The notes beneath the pieces are model-generated. The model was not told the DNA's origin. It made no database searches and saw nothing but the letters and a program-made list of their open reading frames with translations. A program made the translations under genes and the position numbers. DNA of 64,000 nt from a virus. The number at the start of each line of letters is the position of its first letter. Within the stretch, counting starts at the first letter, position 1. Positions 16,706 through 25,179 of this stretch are shown here, piece after piece. The stretch spans positions 93,714 to 157,713 of IMG/VR virus record IMGVR_UViG_3300043570_001741. One strand, 5' to 3'.

Positions 16706-17269
16706 ATGAAAAGTAAACCAATACTTTTTAGTCTTATATTTGCAACTCTAATTATAACGTTATCGTTTGTAAATATAAACAAATACAATTTGCCAATCAA
16801 AGCACCATTTAGCTCATTGGCACCAGATGTAAAAAAACAAATCACATGTCTAGCCGAAAATATATATTTTGAAGCAGCACATGAACCTATTGAAGGCCAA
16901 ACAGCAGTAGCTTTCGTTACATTTAATAGGTTACAAACAGGCAATTATGCAAATTCAATATGTGAGGTCGTACAACAAAAAACTGGCAATGTTTGTCAAT
17001 TTTCGTGGTACTGTGATAAGACTATTACCTCAAAGCGCTTGACAATCAAGCATACTCCGTTGTATAATGATATATTAGAGATGTCCACTAATCTTTATCT
17101 AAATTTTGAAAGAACGAAAGATGTAACAAACGGAGCAACTTATTATCATGCTGATTATGTAAACCCTGAGTGGTCTAAACTTAAAAAGGAGAAACAAATT
17201 GGCAGGCATATTTTCTACAAAAGCAAAGGTGACAAAATTGACAGAAACAAAGGAATTATCTATGAATAA
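16706..17269 (+). CDS. SleB-like cell wall hydrolase (Hydrolase_2) with N-terminal hydrophobic anchor
   Basis: CLAENIYFEA, ICEVV.Q, QFSW, GATYYHADYV.P.W and IG.HIFY motifs. Confidence 0.9.
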   Translation: MKSKPILFSLIFATLIITLSFVNINKYNLPIKAPFSSLAPDVKKQITCLAENIYFEAAHEPIEGQTAVAFVTFNRLQTGNYANSICEVVQQKTGNVCQFSWYCDKTITSKRLTIKHTPLYNDILEMSTNLYLNFERTKDVTNGATYYHADYVNPEWSKLKKEKQIGRHIFYKSKGDKIDRNKGIIYE

Positions 17270-17474
17270 AGATTTGATTACAATATGTGTATCAATAATT
17301 ATTGTTGTTTGTACCGCAATCATTGGTGCATTCATCTATAATATCAATGACAGAAACAACATGGCGAAAAACATTGAAGCAGCGATTGCTAAAGGTGTTG
17401 ATCCGCTATCTGTAAAGTGTGCATATGAAACGCACACAAACCCAACCTGCATTACATATGCAATGAAAAAGTAA
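17262..17474 (+). CDS. Small membrane protein (start moved from 17199)
   Basis: AAGGA SD; one transmembrane helix. Confidence 0.7.
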   Translation: MNKDLITICVSIIIVVCTAIIGAFIYNINDRNNMAKNIEAAIAKGVDPLSVKCAYETHTNPTCITYAMKK

Positions 17475-17488
17475 ACTAGGAGTATATT

Positions 17489-17761
17489 ATGGCTATCCAG
17501 CAAGTGAGTGTCAATCAATTATCTAACCCAGCCGACCGAGATAAACTATTAAAAGTTATCCGTGAATGTTCTGATGCGATGGTTCGAGCGTCAGCGGAGA
17601 AAGACTTTATCAAAGAAGCAACCGCTGATATCAGCAAACAATTACAGTTACCTAAGAAAATCGTTCAACGAATGGTTAAGGTTTACTGGAAACAAAATTA
17701 CGATGAAGAAGTGGCAGTCCACGACCAATTTGAAACTTTATATGAAACGGTGGTGAAATAA
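17489..17761 (+). CDS. dsbA: T4 DsbA-like dsDNA-binding protein
   Basis: I.E.SD...R...EKD.IK...K...KVY.KQ..E......FE.LY pattern; synteny with gp33/59/32. Confidence 0.8.
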   Translation: MAIQQVSVNQLSNPADRDKLLKVIRECSDAMVRASAEKDFIKEATADISKQLQLPKKIVQRMVKVYWKQNYDEEVAVHDQFETLYETVVK

Positions 17762-18174
17762 TGCCTAAATTTATCTTAACATGTGAGCACGATTATCCTA
17801 CTGGCTCAAGAAACACATTAGAGTTTGAAGCTGACTTTTTACCAACTGTACTCGAACACTTTAGACAATTCTTAAAAGGTTGTACATTTGAGTTTGATGG
17901 TGAGTTGGAAATTGTTGATGTTGACTATAGCCAAAAACCATCAGAAGATGAGTGTGAAGAAGATTATTCTGTTGCAGGTTCCCAAGCATTCAATACCATG
18001 GCTGGTAATTTGATTCAACCTAAACAAAATGTAACAACTGAAGATTTTTGGAATGAAGCTCCATCTATCGGTGCATTCAACACAAGCAGTCCTAAATGTC
18101 CTGTGTGTGGTTTGCCAGAATCAATTATGAAGCGTAGCGTGTGCTTTGATAAAAACTGTGGACTTAAAAAATAA
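17761..18174 (+). CDS. Hypothetical protein with C-terminal Cys cluster
   Basis: F.QFLKGC.F.FDG; CPVC...C...C. Confidence 0.7.
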   Translation: MPKFILTCEHDYPTGSRNTLEFEADFLPTVLEHFRQFLKGCTFEFDGELEIVDVDYSQKPSEDECEEDYSVAGSQAFNTMAGNLIQPKQNVTTEDFWNEAPSIGAFNTSSPKCPVCGLPESIMKRSVCFDKNCGLKK

Positions 18175-18398
18175 TGCCAACAAGAGATGAAATGGTTAAA
18201 TTCGCCAAAGCAATTGATGTTATTGTTGCTAGAACGGATTACAATTACATTGAAGCCATTCTGGAACATTGTAAAGAAACCGGTCTTGAACTTGAGATTG
18301 CAGCTACTCTAGTAAACGCTAATCTTAAATCTAAGATTGAGAATGATGCAATGGATAATAATATGTTGAAAGAAAAGGGTGCTAGACTTCCTATATGA
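18174..18398 (+). CDS. gp33: gp33 late transcription coactivator
   Basis: F...I..IV.....YIEAI...C....LE.E....L....LK.KIE.DA...N.L pattern; synteny. Confidence 0.9.
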   Translation: MPTRDEMVKFAKAIDVIVARTDYNYIEAILEHCKETGLELEIAATLVNANLKSKIENDAMDNNMLKEKGARLPI

Positions 18399-18988
18399 CT
18401 GGTTATGAAACCTTTGGTTTATATCAAGCACTTAAATTACACTTTACACAAGAATCATATGACTTCTTTAAGTACAATGGTAAAACTAATGTAAGTGTGA
18501 CCACATTCGACAATAGAAAAGACAAGTATCATTTCCATAAACTTTCTCGTAGATTATCTCAAAAAGAAGATATGATTGATTTCATTGTTGCTAATCTTAT
18601 TGAAGATGGAAATACTTGGGTCGGCTCTCTTTTGACAGAAGATGCTGAAGTGAATTATCGCAAGCACCAGAAGGTTATACAATCAATTTCCTATATTTTT
18701 GAAAATGAATGTAGGAATGTCTTTAGTGGACTTGATAATCCAAACGAAGCATTGAAGACAGAAGGTGATTATCCTTTACTACTGAAAAGTGGTCTAAGGA
18801 AAGAAGTAAGTATTGAAACTGTTTGCCTATTAAATAATGTTCTTGGTTTTGTACCGATGTGGTCACGTAAGATTGCTGATACGATACATTGGCCTAATTA
18901 CAGGATGAAATTGCTCAAGTATGCCGCATTCCTTCCTAAGGATGATGTAAAATATAAGTTATTATTAAAGAAAGTATTAGATACATGA
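18395..18988 (+). CDS. gp59: gp59 helicase loader
   Basis: Y.ALKLHF....YDFFKYNGK and RKDKY.F.KL motifs. Confidence 0.92.
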   Translation: MTGYETFGLYQALKLHFTQESYDFFKYNGKTNVSVTTFDNRKDKYHFHKLSRRLSQKEDMIDFIVANLIEDGNTWVGSLLTEDAEVNYRKHQKVIQSISYIFENECRNVFSGLDNPNEALKTEGDYPLLLKSGLRKEVSIETVCLLNNVLGFVPMWSRKIADTIHWPNYRMKLLKYAAFLPKDDVKYKLLLKKVLDT

Positions 18989-19470
18989 AGGTAACTAAAA
19001 TTTATTTGGATATGGATGGTGTTCTTTGCCATTTCCAAAAACGTTTCAATGAGTTGTTCGGTGTACAATCATCCGAAGTTCGTAATCGTAAAAACTTTAC
19101 TGAACATTGGCCATTGTTTGTTGCACAAGAACAATTTGAAACACTTGAGTGGTTCCCAGGCGCTCATGAGCTTTTGGAATTTGTAAACGCTTCTGGAATT
19201 GAGATTGAGATTCTTTCTTCCTCAGGCGGTGAAAGATTCCACACCGAAGTTCAGAAACAAAAGAACGTGTGGTTGAAAAGTAAAGGTATTGATTATCCTG
19301 TCAATATCGTTCCGGGTCGTAAGTTTAAATCAGACTATGCAACACCGACCACAATTTTAATTGACGATACTGAGGATATTATTGTCAATTTCAACGCTGC
19401 TGGAGGTATTGGTATTCTTCACAAAGATATCAATGAAACTTTAGACAGACTCAGGATTCTACTTAAATGA
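18985..19470 (+). CDS. HAD-family 5'(3')-deoxyribonucleotidase
   Basis: DMDGVL, ILSS, K..WL, LIDD and GG.GILH motifs. Confidence 0.85.
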   Translation: MKVTKIYLDMDGVLCHFQKRFNELFGVQSSEVRNRKNFTEHWPLFVAQEQFETLEWFPGAHELLEFVNASGIEIEILSSSGGERFHTEVQKQKNVWLKSKGIDYPVNIVPGRKFKSDYATPTTILIDDTEDIIVNFNAAGGIGILHKDINETLDRLRILLK

Positions 19471-19547
19471 TATACTAAATAATGGTACATTATGATATTG
19501 TGGATAAAACTTATACTACGTAATACAATTTATACAAGGAAAAATAT

Positions 19548-20435
19548 ATGACTTCATTTGCTAACCTCAAGCGTAACCGCAACTCATTTGAGAAGCTCTC
19601 AAAAGCGGTAGAAGCAACCTCAACAGGTTCAGACGCAAACTCCAAAGATGACAATCGTTTCTGGCAACCAGAAGTAGATAAGGCAGGTAACGGCATGGCT
19701 GTTATTCGCTTCTTGCCTGCACCTGCTGTTGATGGTGATGATGCACTTCCATGGGTTCGCACATTCAGCCACGGATTTCAAGGTCCAGGCGGATGGTTTA
19801 TTGATAACTGCTTGACAACTCTTAATGAGAAGTGTCCAGTTTGTGAACACAATAACACATTGTGGAATTCAGGAATTGAAGCTAACAAAGATATCGCTCG
19901 TAAACAAAAGCGTAAACTATCTTATGTTGCTAACATTTTGGTTGTGTCAGACCCTAGCAATCCTTCTAACGAAGGCCAAATCAAACTGTTTAAGTTTGGT
20001 AAGAAAATCTTTGACAAGATTACAGAAGCAATGAATCCAGATTTTGCTGATGAAACACCAGTTAACCCATTTGATATGTGGGAAGGTGCTAACTTCAAGT
20101 TGAAGATTCGTAATGTCGAAGGCTATCGGAATTATGACAAATCAGAATTTGCTGATGTGTCTGCTTTGTTTGATGGCAACGATGAGAAACTTGAAGAACT
20201 GTGGAAGAAAGAATTCTCTTTGAAGGATTTCACAGAACGTAAAAACTTCAAACCTTATGACCAATTGAAAGGTCGTTTGGATAAGGTTCTTGGTTTTAGT
20301 GGTGCACCTATCGCTAAGACAAAGGCTGAAGATACAGTTGCAACATTTAAAGATGATGTTTCTGTATTGGATAAACCAATTCAATCTGACGATGATGACC
20401 TGGATTATTTCAAGTCACTCGCTGAATCAGATTAA
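19548..20435 (+). CDS. gp32: gp32 single-stranded DNA-binding protein
   Basis: DKAGNG.AVIRFLP, H...C..T....CPVC zinc site, FGKKIFDKI, acidic tail. Confidence 0.98.
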   Translation: MTSFANLKRNRNSFEKLSKAVEATSTGSDANSKDDNRFWQPEVDKAGNGMAVIRFLPAPAVDGDDALPWVRTFSHGFQGPGGWFIDNCLTTLNEKCPVCEHNNTLWNSGIEANKDIARKQKRKLSYVANILVVSDPSNPSNEGQIKLFKFGKKIFDKITEAMNPDFADETPVNPFDMWEGANFKLKIRNVEGYRNYDKSEFADVSALFDGNDEKLEELWKKEFSLKDFTERKNFKPYDQLKGRLDKVLGFSGAPIAKTKAEDTVATFKDDVSVLDKPIQSDDDDLDYFKSLAESD

Positions 20436-20456
20436 ATAAATCCCATGCAAGTGTGC

Positions 20457-20480
20457 AACCCCGCTTCGGCGGGGTTTTTT
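20457..20480 (+). terminator. Intrinsic terminator with cUUCGg tetraloop, between convergent genes
   Basis: AACCCCGC-TTCG-GCGGGGTT followed by TTTT. Confidence 0.92.
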
Positions 20481-22380
20481 ATGCGACTCTACCAAACAAG
20501 GTAGTAAACACATCATCGAATGCTGATGGTATGTTTGGAGTGCCTTGAGTTCCTTGGCCACCGCCACCAGTTTTACTGTTGTTGGTGGTATTATTGTTTA
20601 TGATAGTTGTTCCCGCTTGACCAGCACTTGCTACTTGTACTGAAGAAGTTGTTAATGCACTACCTGTTGATGGTCTAGGTGGAACCTGAGATGCGGATGC
20701 TACCATTGTTGAACTTGGAGGTGCAACAGAAGGAGAATAACCAGCAAACATGGTAGATTCTTCAGTTCTTCTTTTAACTAAACCAGTATTTACAACATTT
20801 GAAGCTTTATTATATTCTAATATTTTTTGACCAATTTGTTCATTTGTTCTTGTTCCATTAGCTGTTAAAGAATTTAGAGAACCTGATCCTAAATTGTAAA
20901 CAAAAGAAGTTAGTGCATCCTTTTGGCCTTGATTCCAATCATATTTATTTTTCTTAGCAAAATTGTCAACAAAATCAACATCTTTTTTCAATCTTTCTCT
21001 TAAACGACTATCGGCTTCTTTCTCAGTGATAACTTCATTCTCACTATTAGCTTTTGTTCCATATCCTATAGACCATTGTTTATGATCCCAAATAGCCTTT
21101 GCTGTAAATCCTTCTTTTTTCTTCACATAGTTAACCAAATCTTCACTCAAACCATCTGATGGAACTGGAGTTGGACTAAGTTGTTCTGCTGTTGGCCCAC
21201 CTTGGCCACCACGACCAGCACCTGCTCCACCATCGGACGTTGGTGTGGGTGCAATCTTCATTCTTCTCATTTCAGCTGCATCAATACTTCCATCTGCTTG
21301 GCTTTTTAATGCATCGGCATGTTGTATATCTTGCTGTTCTTTAACGACACGAGATTCTTTAATTTCGATAGCTCTTTTACCTAATGCTTCAGCCTCAGCA
21401 ATTTTAGCACGCAATTCATCTTTAGTCCTTATTTCACCTGAGGTAAAGTCAGATAGCTCTTCATCGGTTCTATCATCTTTTAGATAGGATTTCAATTCAT
21501 CATTTATTAAAAAAGTTCTTCTTGCAACTTTTGATGATTGACTACCCCTGTCTTGAGCTATACGCAAATCAGTTTTTGCTTTTGTATTAGCTTCTGAATT
21601 TTTCTTATCAATTAAGTCCATTAACCATTTTGCAGCCAACAGGCCACCAACAAGGCCTAAAAATACTGGACTTGTTAGTAAAGGTAATAATGTACGAAAT
21701 ACGGTACTTATACCTTTAATAACATCTAAGCCAAGGCCAAATACTTTTACTAAATTATCTGGAGAAAATATTGATCCCAATGTTGCAGTAATTGCTGAAA
21801 CAATTGTTCCACCAAGTGTTAAAAGTGGTGCAAAAAGTGTTGATAAGAATCCTAAGATTCCAGTGTTCTTTTCTGGTTCTTTTGATGTTACTGGTGTTGG
21901 TGCCACACCTTTTTGTTTGCCAAATTGTGTCTCATAAGCAGATTCACGCTCACTAGATTTTCTGAAGTACATATCAGCTTTATTGGTTGCTTCTCCGCCT
22001 TGGAGTTTAACCAGTTTGACAATGTTCTGTCTCATCACATTCATGTCTCTAGCTATATCAGGTAGAGTCATTGAATTTTTTGCAGCCAGCTGTGTGTTTA
22101 AACTTACATTTCTTGTTTCATTTGTTAACCCATCTATCTTAGATTCCAATTGCATTGTTGAAATCTGAGGAGCCGGTGCAGATAAAGATGTTGGTGATTT
22201 ACCAGTTGTTCGAGTTGCAGAATATGTTTTGAACAGAGATGGCGCAATGGCAGCTGCCAATCCTTTTTGATTGAACATTCGTCTTGGGTCAATTTTCTCT
22301 AAGGCTCTTTTACCCAAAGCTGATGCTATTCCACCACCTTTTGCTTTTTCTGATTTATAAATTTCTGCTAATCTTGACAT
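20479..22380 (-). CDS. Tape-measure / baseplate hub-like protein (gp29 position) with GH24 lysozyme domain
   Basis: Helical N-terminus, central hydrophobic segments, EGF..KAIWD..QWSIGYGT, DAL.SFVYNLG and GLVKRR.EE motifs. Confidence 0.75.
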   Translation of the reverse strand: MSRLAEIYKSEKAKGGGIASALGKRALEKIDPRRMFNQKGLAAAIAPSLFKTYSATRTTGKSPTSLSAPAPQISTMQLESKIDGLTNETRNVSLNTQLAAKNSMTLPDIARDMNVMRQNIVKLVKLQGGEATNKADMYFRKSSERESAYETQFGKQKGVAPTPVTSKEPEKNTGILGFLSTLFAPLLTLGGTIVSAITATLGSIFSPDNLVKVFGLGLDVIKGISTVFRTLLPLLTSPVFLGLVGGLLAAKWLMDLIDKKNSEANTKAKTDLRIAQDRGSQSSKVARRTFLINDELKSYLKDDRTDEELSDFTSGEIRTKDELRAKIAEAEALGKRAIEIKESRVVKEQQDIQHADALKSQADGSIDAAEMRRMKIAPTPTSDGGAGAGRGGQGGPTAEQLSPTPVPSDGLSEDLVNYVKKKEGFTAKAIWDHKQWSIGYGTKANSENEVITEKEADSRLRERLKKDVDFVDNFAKKNKYDWNQGQKDALTSFVYNLGSGSLNSLTANGTRTNEQIGQKILEYNKASNVVNTGLVKRRTEESTMFAGYSPSVAPPSSTMVASASQVPPRPSTGSALTTSSVQVASAGQAGTTIINNNTTNNSKTGGGGQGTQGTPNIPSAFDDVFTTLFGRVA

Positions 22381-22512
22381 TTATTTTGCCTTTTGTTGTT
22401 TCAATCTCTCTTTTTCTTCTTCTAAAAACTTCACTAACATATCAATATATACTTGTCGTTCCCAAGGTAACATATTATCCAATTCTGTCAAACTATATTT
22501 GTGGTGTTGCAT
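22381..22512 (-). CDS. gp51: gp51-like baseplate hub assembly segment, probably reached by -1 frameshift from gp26
   Basis: MQHHKYSLTELDNMLPWERQVYIDML...; the frame stays open upstream (YDNLGNYYQTNFAL) to the gp26 slippery site. Not in the ORF track. Confidence 0.85.
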   Translation of the reverse strand: MQHHKYSLTELDNMLPWERQVYIDMLVKFLEEEKERLKQQKAK

Positions 22513-22562
22513 TAATGCAAAATTAGTTTGATAGTAATTACCTAGGTTATCATAATTAAAAT

Positions 22563-23300
22563 TTAGACGAAAAAATTTTGAATTCCTTCTACCTCGATTC
22601 TTTCCTCATATCCACACTTGGGACATTTAAAGTCCAAATCTTTTTTGATTTTTGGCATGGTTGAAAAGAAATTTTGAATCTTCTCTATATCATCTTGTTG
22701 TAAGTTTTCAATAAACTCCACAAGCTCTTCTTTTGGTGTATCTTTTGCATAATACATTTGATTCTCATCATAGATGTAATCAATACAATTCGCAATGATA
22801 TCGATTGTCTTTTCTATATTGTTTTCAACTGATTCATCATTGAATGATGTTTCAAAACTAGGATACTTCATAACAAGTCCTAGTTTTGGTGAAATAACAA
22901 TTTTAGTAGAATGTTCTTTATCAATTGTTGGTTCAATCTCCAACAATTTTAAATCAAACTTAACTAGACCACCACATGTCTTTTCTTCACCATCGTCTTT
23001 TTTGACAATGTTGTTGCAGTTGTATTTGAGGTTAACTACCTCACCCACAGACCTAGCACGAAGCTGCATGAATAAGTGTTCAAGGTCGAATGTTGGTAAT
23101 GTTTCAACATCCACATCTGATAAAATACAATTATTCAAAACTTGTTTGATAACACCAACTGTTTCTTTAACATCAGTTGATTCTGAAGCCATCATAAAAA
23201 GTTTTTGTTCTTTAACTAAGAACGGTCTAAATTTAACCGTTTTTCCCGTTGAAACCAATTTAGTTTCATATACAGGCACATCAATTTTTGGTAAAGCCAT
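22563..23300 (-). CDS. gp26: gp26 baseplate hub assembly protein
   Basis: MALPK...Y, FRPFLVKE.K, FDLE.LF.QLRARSVGE, FF.TMPK and EG...FF motifs. Confidence 0.92.
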   Translation of the reverse strand: MALPKIDVPVYETKLVSTGKTVKFRPFLVKEQKLFMMASESTDVKETVGVIKQVLNNCILSDVDVETLPTFDLEHLFMQLRARSVGEVVNLKYNCNNIVKKDDGEEKTCGGLVKFDLKLLEIEPTIDKEHSTKIVISPKLGLVMKYPSFETSFNDESVENNIEKTIDIIANCIDYIYDENQMYYAKDTPKEELVEFIENLQQDDIEKIQNFFSTMPKIKKDLDFKCPKCGYEERIEVEGIQNFFV

Positions 23301-23315
23301 ATTATATCCTCACAT

Positions 23316-24110
23316 TTAAAATATTAATCTACTAACTGGTGTAATCAGTCTTTCACTAATTGAGTTACCAGCTTTGTCGAAGAATCTGGATGCTTTGTCT
23401 CCAAATAGTTGAGCTGCCGCAGCAGCAATATCATATTGACCAGAATATACCACACGGTATTTTTGGTACGCAAATTGAACCGTCAATCGGTGAAATCCTT
23501 CTTCAGACCATGACAATGGCTGAGCAGCAATGGAAATTGGATAAGCATCAATCATTTCCACCGCATAAATTTGTTTGATAAAATCATCATACTGAATAAC
23601 CTTAATATTGGTCATATAACCAGTACCAGTGTTACCGCCTTTTGGAAAACGCAAGTTGTTGGTATCAGATGGCATAATTGCATCTAACCAGCGGTCAAAT
23701 AACTTGCGCTCATAGAATTCGTTTGTGCATACAAAATTTAATGCAAGCTGATTATATTGAGTTTGATATGGAACTTTAAATGTTGGTCCATAAATTTTAA
23801 CATCAGTTGTTATTAATTCTCTACCTGGCAATTCAGCACTTTCACATTGAAGTGCCAAATATCTGGACATAGATGCATTGCTAGTTTTAGATTGGCCGTC
23901 CGCAGATTCATTGCCTAAAATTTGATTAATAGCATCTGAAACATCTGTTACAATTGTTGTTGGTAGATTTAAAAGTTTTTCGAGTGCTGATGATTTAACG
24001 AAATCATTAACGTATTGTGGAATAGGAAGAATAACCTCGAAACGGTTGTTCTTTGCTAGGCCATCTTTAGCTTTGATATTGGACAGAAATGATTGTGGTG
24101 TAAAAGCCAT
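23316..24110 (-). CDS. Tail-tube family protein (gp54/gp19-like)
   Basis: GLA..NRFEV, C.S..LPG, F..W.D.I, AYP.SI....LSW and LTV.F.Y motifs. Confidence 0.8.
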   Translation of the reverse strand: MAFTPQSFLSNIKAKDGLAKNNRFEVILPIPQYVNDFVKSSALEKLLNLPTTIVTDVSDAINQILGNESADGQSKTSNASMSRYLALQCESAELPGRELITTDVKIYGPTFKVPYQTQYNQLALNFVCTNEFYERKLFDRWLDAIMPSDTNNLRFPKGGNTGTGYMTNIKVIQYDDFIKQIYAVEMIDAYPISIAAQPLSWSEEGFHRLTVQFAYQKYRVVYSGQYDIAAAAAQLFGDKASRFFDKAGNSISERLITPVSRLIF

Positions 24111-24688
24111 TAGAATTTTCCCTCTGAGTCGGCATAAACCTTACTTGTTGAAGCACCGACAAAACTTTCCATTGGTAATAATGCAGCTATATCCCACTCA
24201 TCAGCTGTAATTTCCAAAAATCTGGAACCAACATGTGAATATAGATAACGTTTGATACATGGTTGCGCCTCAAATATCTTAGAAGCCGATGCCAATACGG
24301 CATAACTTAAACGCAATTTGGTGCTCTTATCAAAGTTTTTATTGGTCGCAAAACTACTCAATTTATCCAACAAAATCATCCGTTGCTTTGGGTGAATGTA
24401 ATGTAAATTCAACCCTAAAAATCCGTCATTGTATTGTTCTATTGGTAGTACCAAAGGGAACCGGTCGTAGTATGGCAACGAAGCTTTCGTCTTGGGACTG
24501 TATGAATAGAAATACATTTTCCCAATTATGGTATTATCCTTTAGACGGGTTCTATCCTGTAGTAATGCTTGTCTTGTGGGATTCAATTCAGTTATTTTAG
24601 ATTGAAGCCACGAGCGTGCTTGGTTTGTTCTTGGTGTCAAACCTTGTTTCATCAACGATTGATTTATTCTGTCTAATAGATATGCCAT
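24110..24688 (-). CDS. gp2: gp2 DNA end protector
   Basis: GKMYFY.Y.PK.K..LPYYD.FPL, GLNLHY and CIKRYL..HV motifs. Confidence 0.93.
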   Translation of the reverse strand: MAYLLDRINQSLMKQGLTPRTNQARSWLQSKITELNPTRQALLQDRTRLKDNTIIGKMYFYSYSPKTKASLPYYDRFPLVLPIEQYNDGFLGLNLHYIHPKQRMILLDKLSSFATNKNFDKSTKLRLSYAVLASASKIFEAQPCIKRYLYSHVGSRFLEITADEWDIAALLPMESFVGASTSKVYADSEGKF

Positions 24689-24692
24689 TGGT

Positions 24693-24700
24693 TATTTATA
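24693..24700 (-). promoter_or_regulatory. T4 late promoter TATAAATA
   Basis: Exact consensus 4 nt before the gp2 ATG. Confidence 0.8.
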
Positions 24701-25147
24701 TTAAAGTCCAAGTTCTTTTTCAGTCAATATTTGAAATTGCCATCCATGTTCCTTACAGAATAGGTCGGCTGCTCGCCACTTCTCTTGATTAATGGCGTAA
24801 GTTGCCGCCTCTTGAATGAATCGTTTTGTCTGCCGTTTCTGTACTGGCATCTTGGTTTGGGCGTTTGGTTTTACCTCAATCATTACAGTTTTTATCAGGC
24901 CAGTTTTCACTTTGAGTTTTGCAACAAAATCAGGGTAATACTTGTGCATTCTGTTGTCCACTGGAGACTTGTAAGGAATTGATAATTCTTCGGAAGCCCA
25001 CCAAATCACGTTTGGATTGTCATCAAAATATTTCATAACCCTGAGTTCCCACGAAGAACGATAAATGATGTTTGACGCATCTCCGTTATATTTTGCTGGG
25101 TTCTTTGGTTTGAATATTCCTTTGTATGTTTTATTTAAGGAAGTCAT
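24701..25147 (-). CDS. gp4: gp4 head completion nuclease
   Basis: YKG.F.PKNP.KY.GD...I.YRSSWE, YYPDF, EVKP and N..KW.AA motifs. Confidence 0.93.
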   Translation of the reverse strand: MTSLNKTYKGIFKPKNPAKYNGDASNIIYRSSWELRVMKYFDDNPNVIWWASEELSIPYKSPVDNRMHKYYPDFVAKLKVKTGLIKTVMIEVKPNAQTKMPVQKRQTKRFIQEAATYAINQEKWRAADLFCKEHGWQFQILTEKELGL

Positions 25148-25154
25148 ATAAATA
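25147..25154 (+). promoter_or_regulatory. T4 late promoter TATAAATA
   Basis: Exact consensus upstream of gp48. Confidence 0.85.
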
Positions 25155-25179
25155 TATAGTAAATTCTATAGGACCACAA

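Noticed and set aside
22381-22562. gp51 as a pseudogene or sequencing frameshift
   Set aside because: gp26 ends at its family-typical FF-x-stop and the gp51 frame is intact, so programmed frameshifting is the simpler explanation. Read-level confirmation is still advisable.
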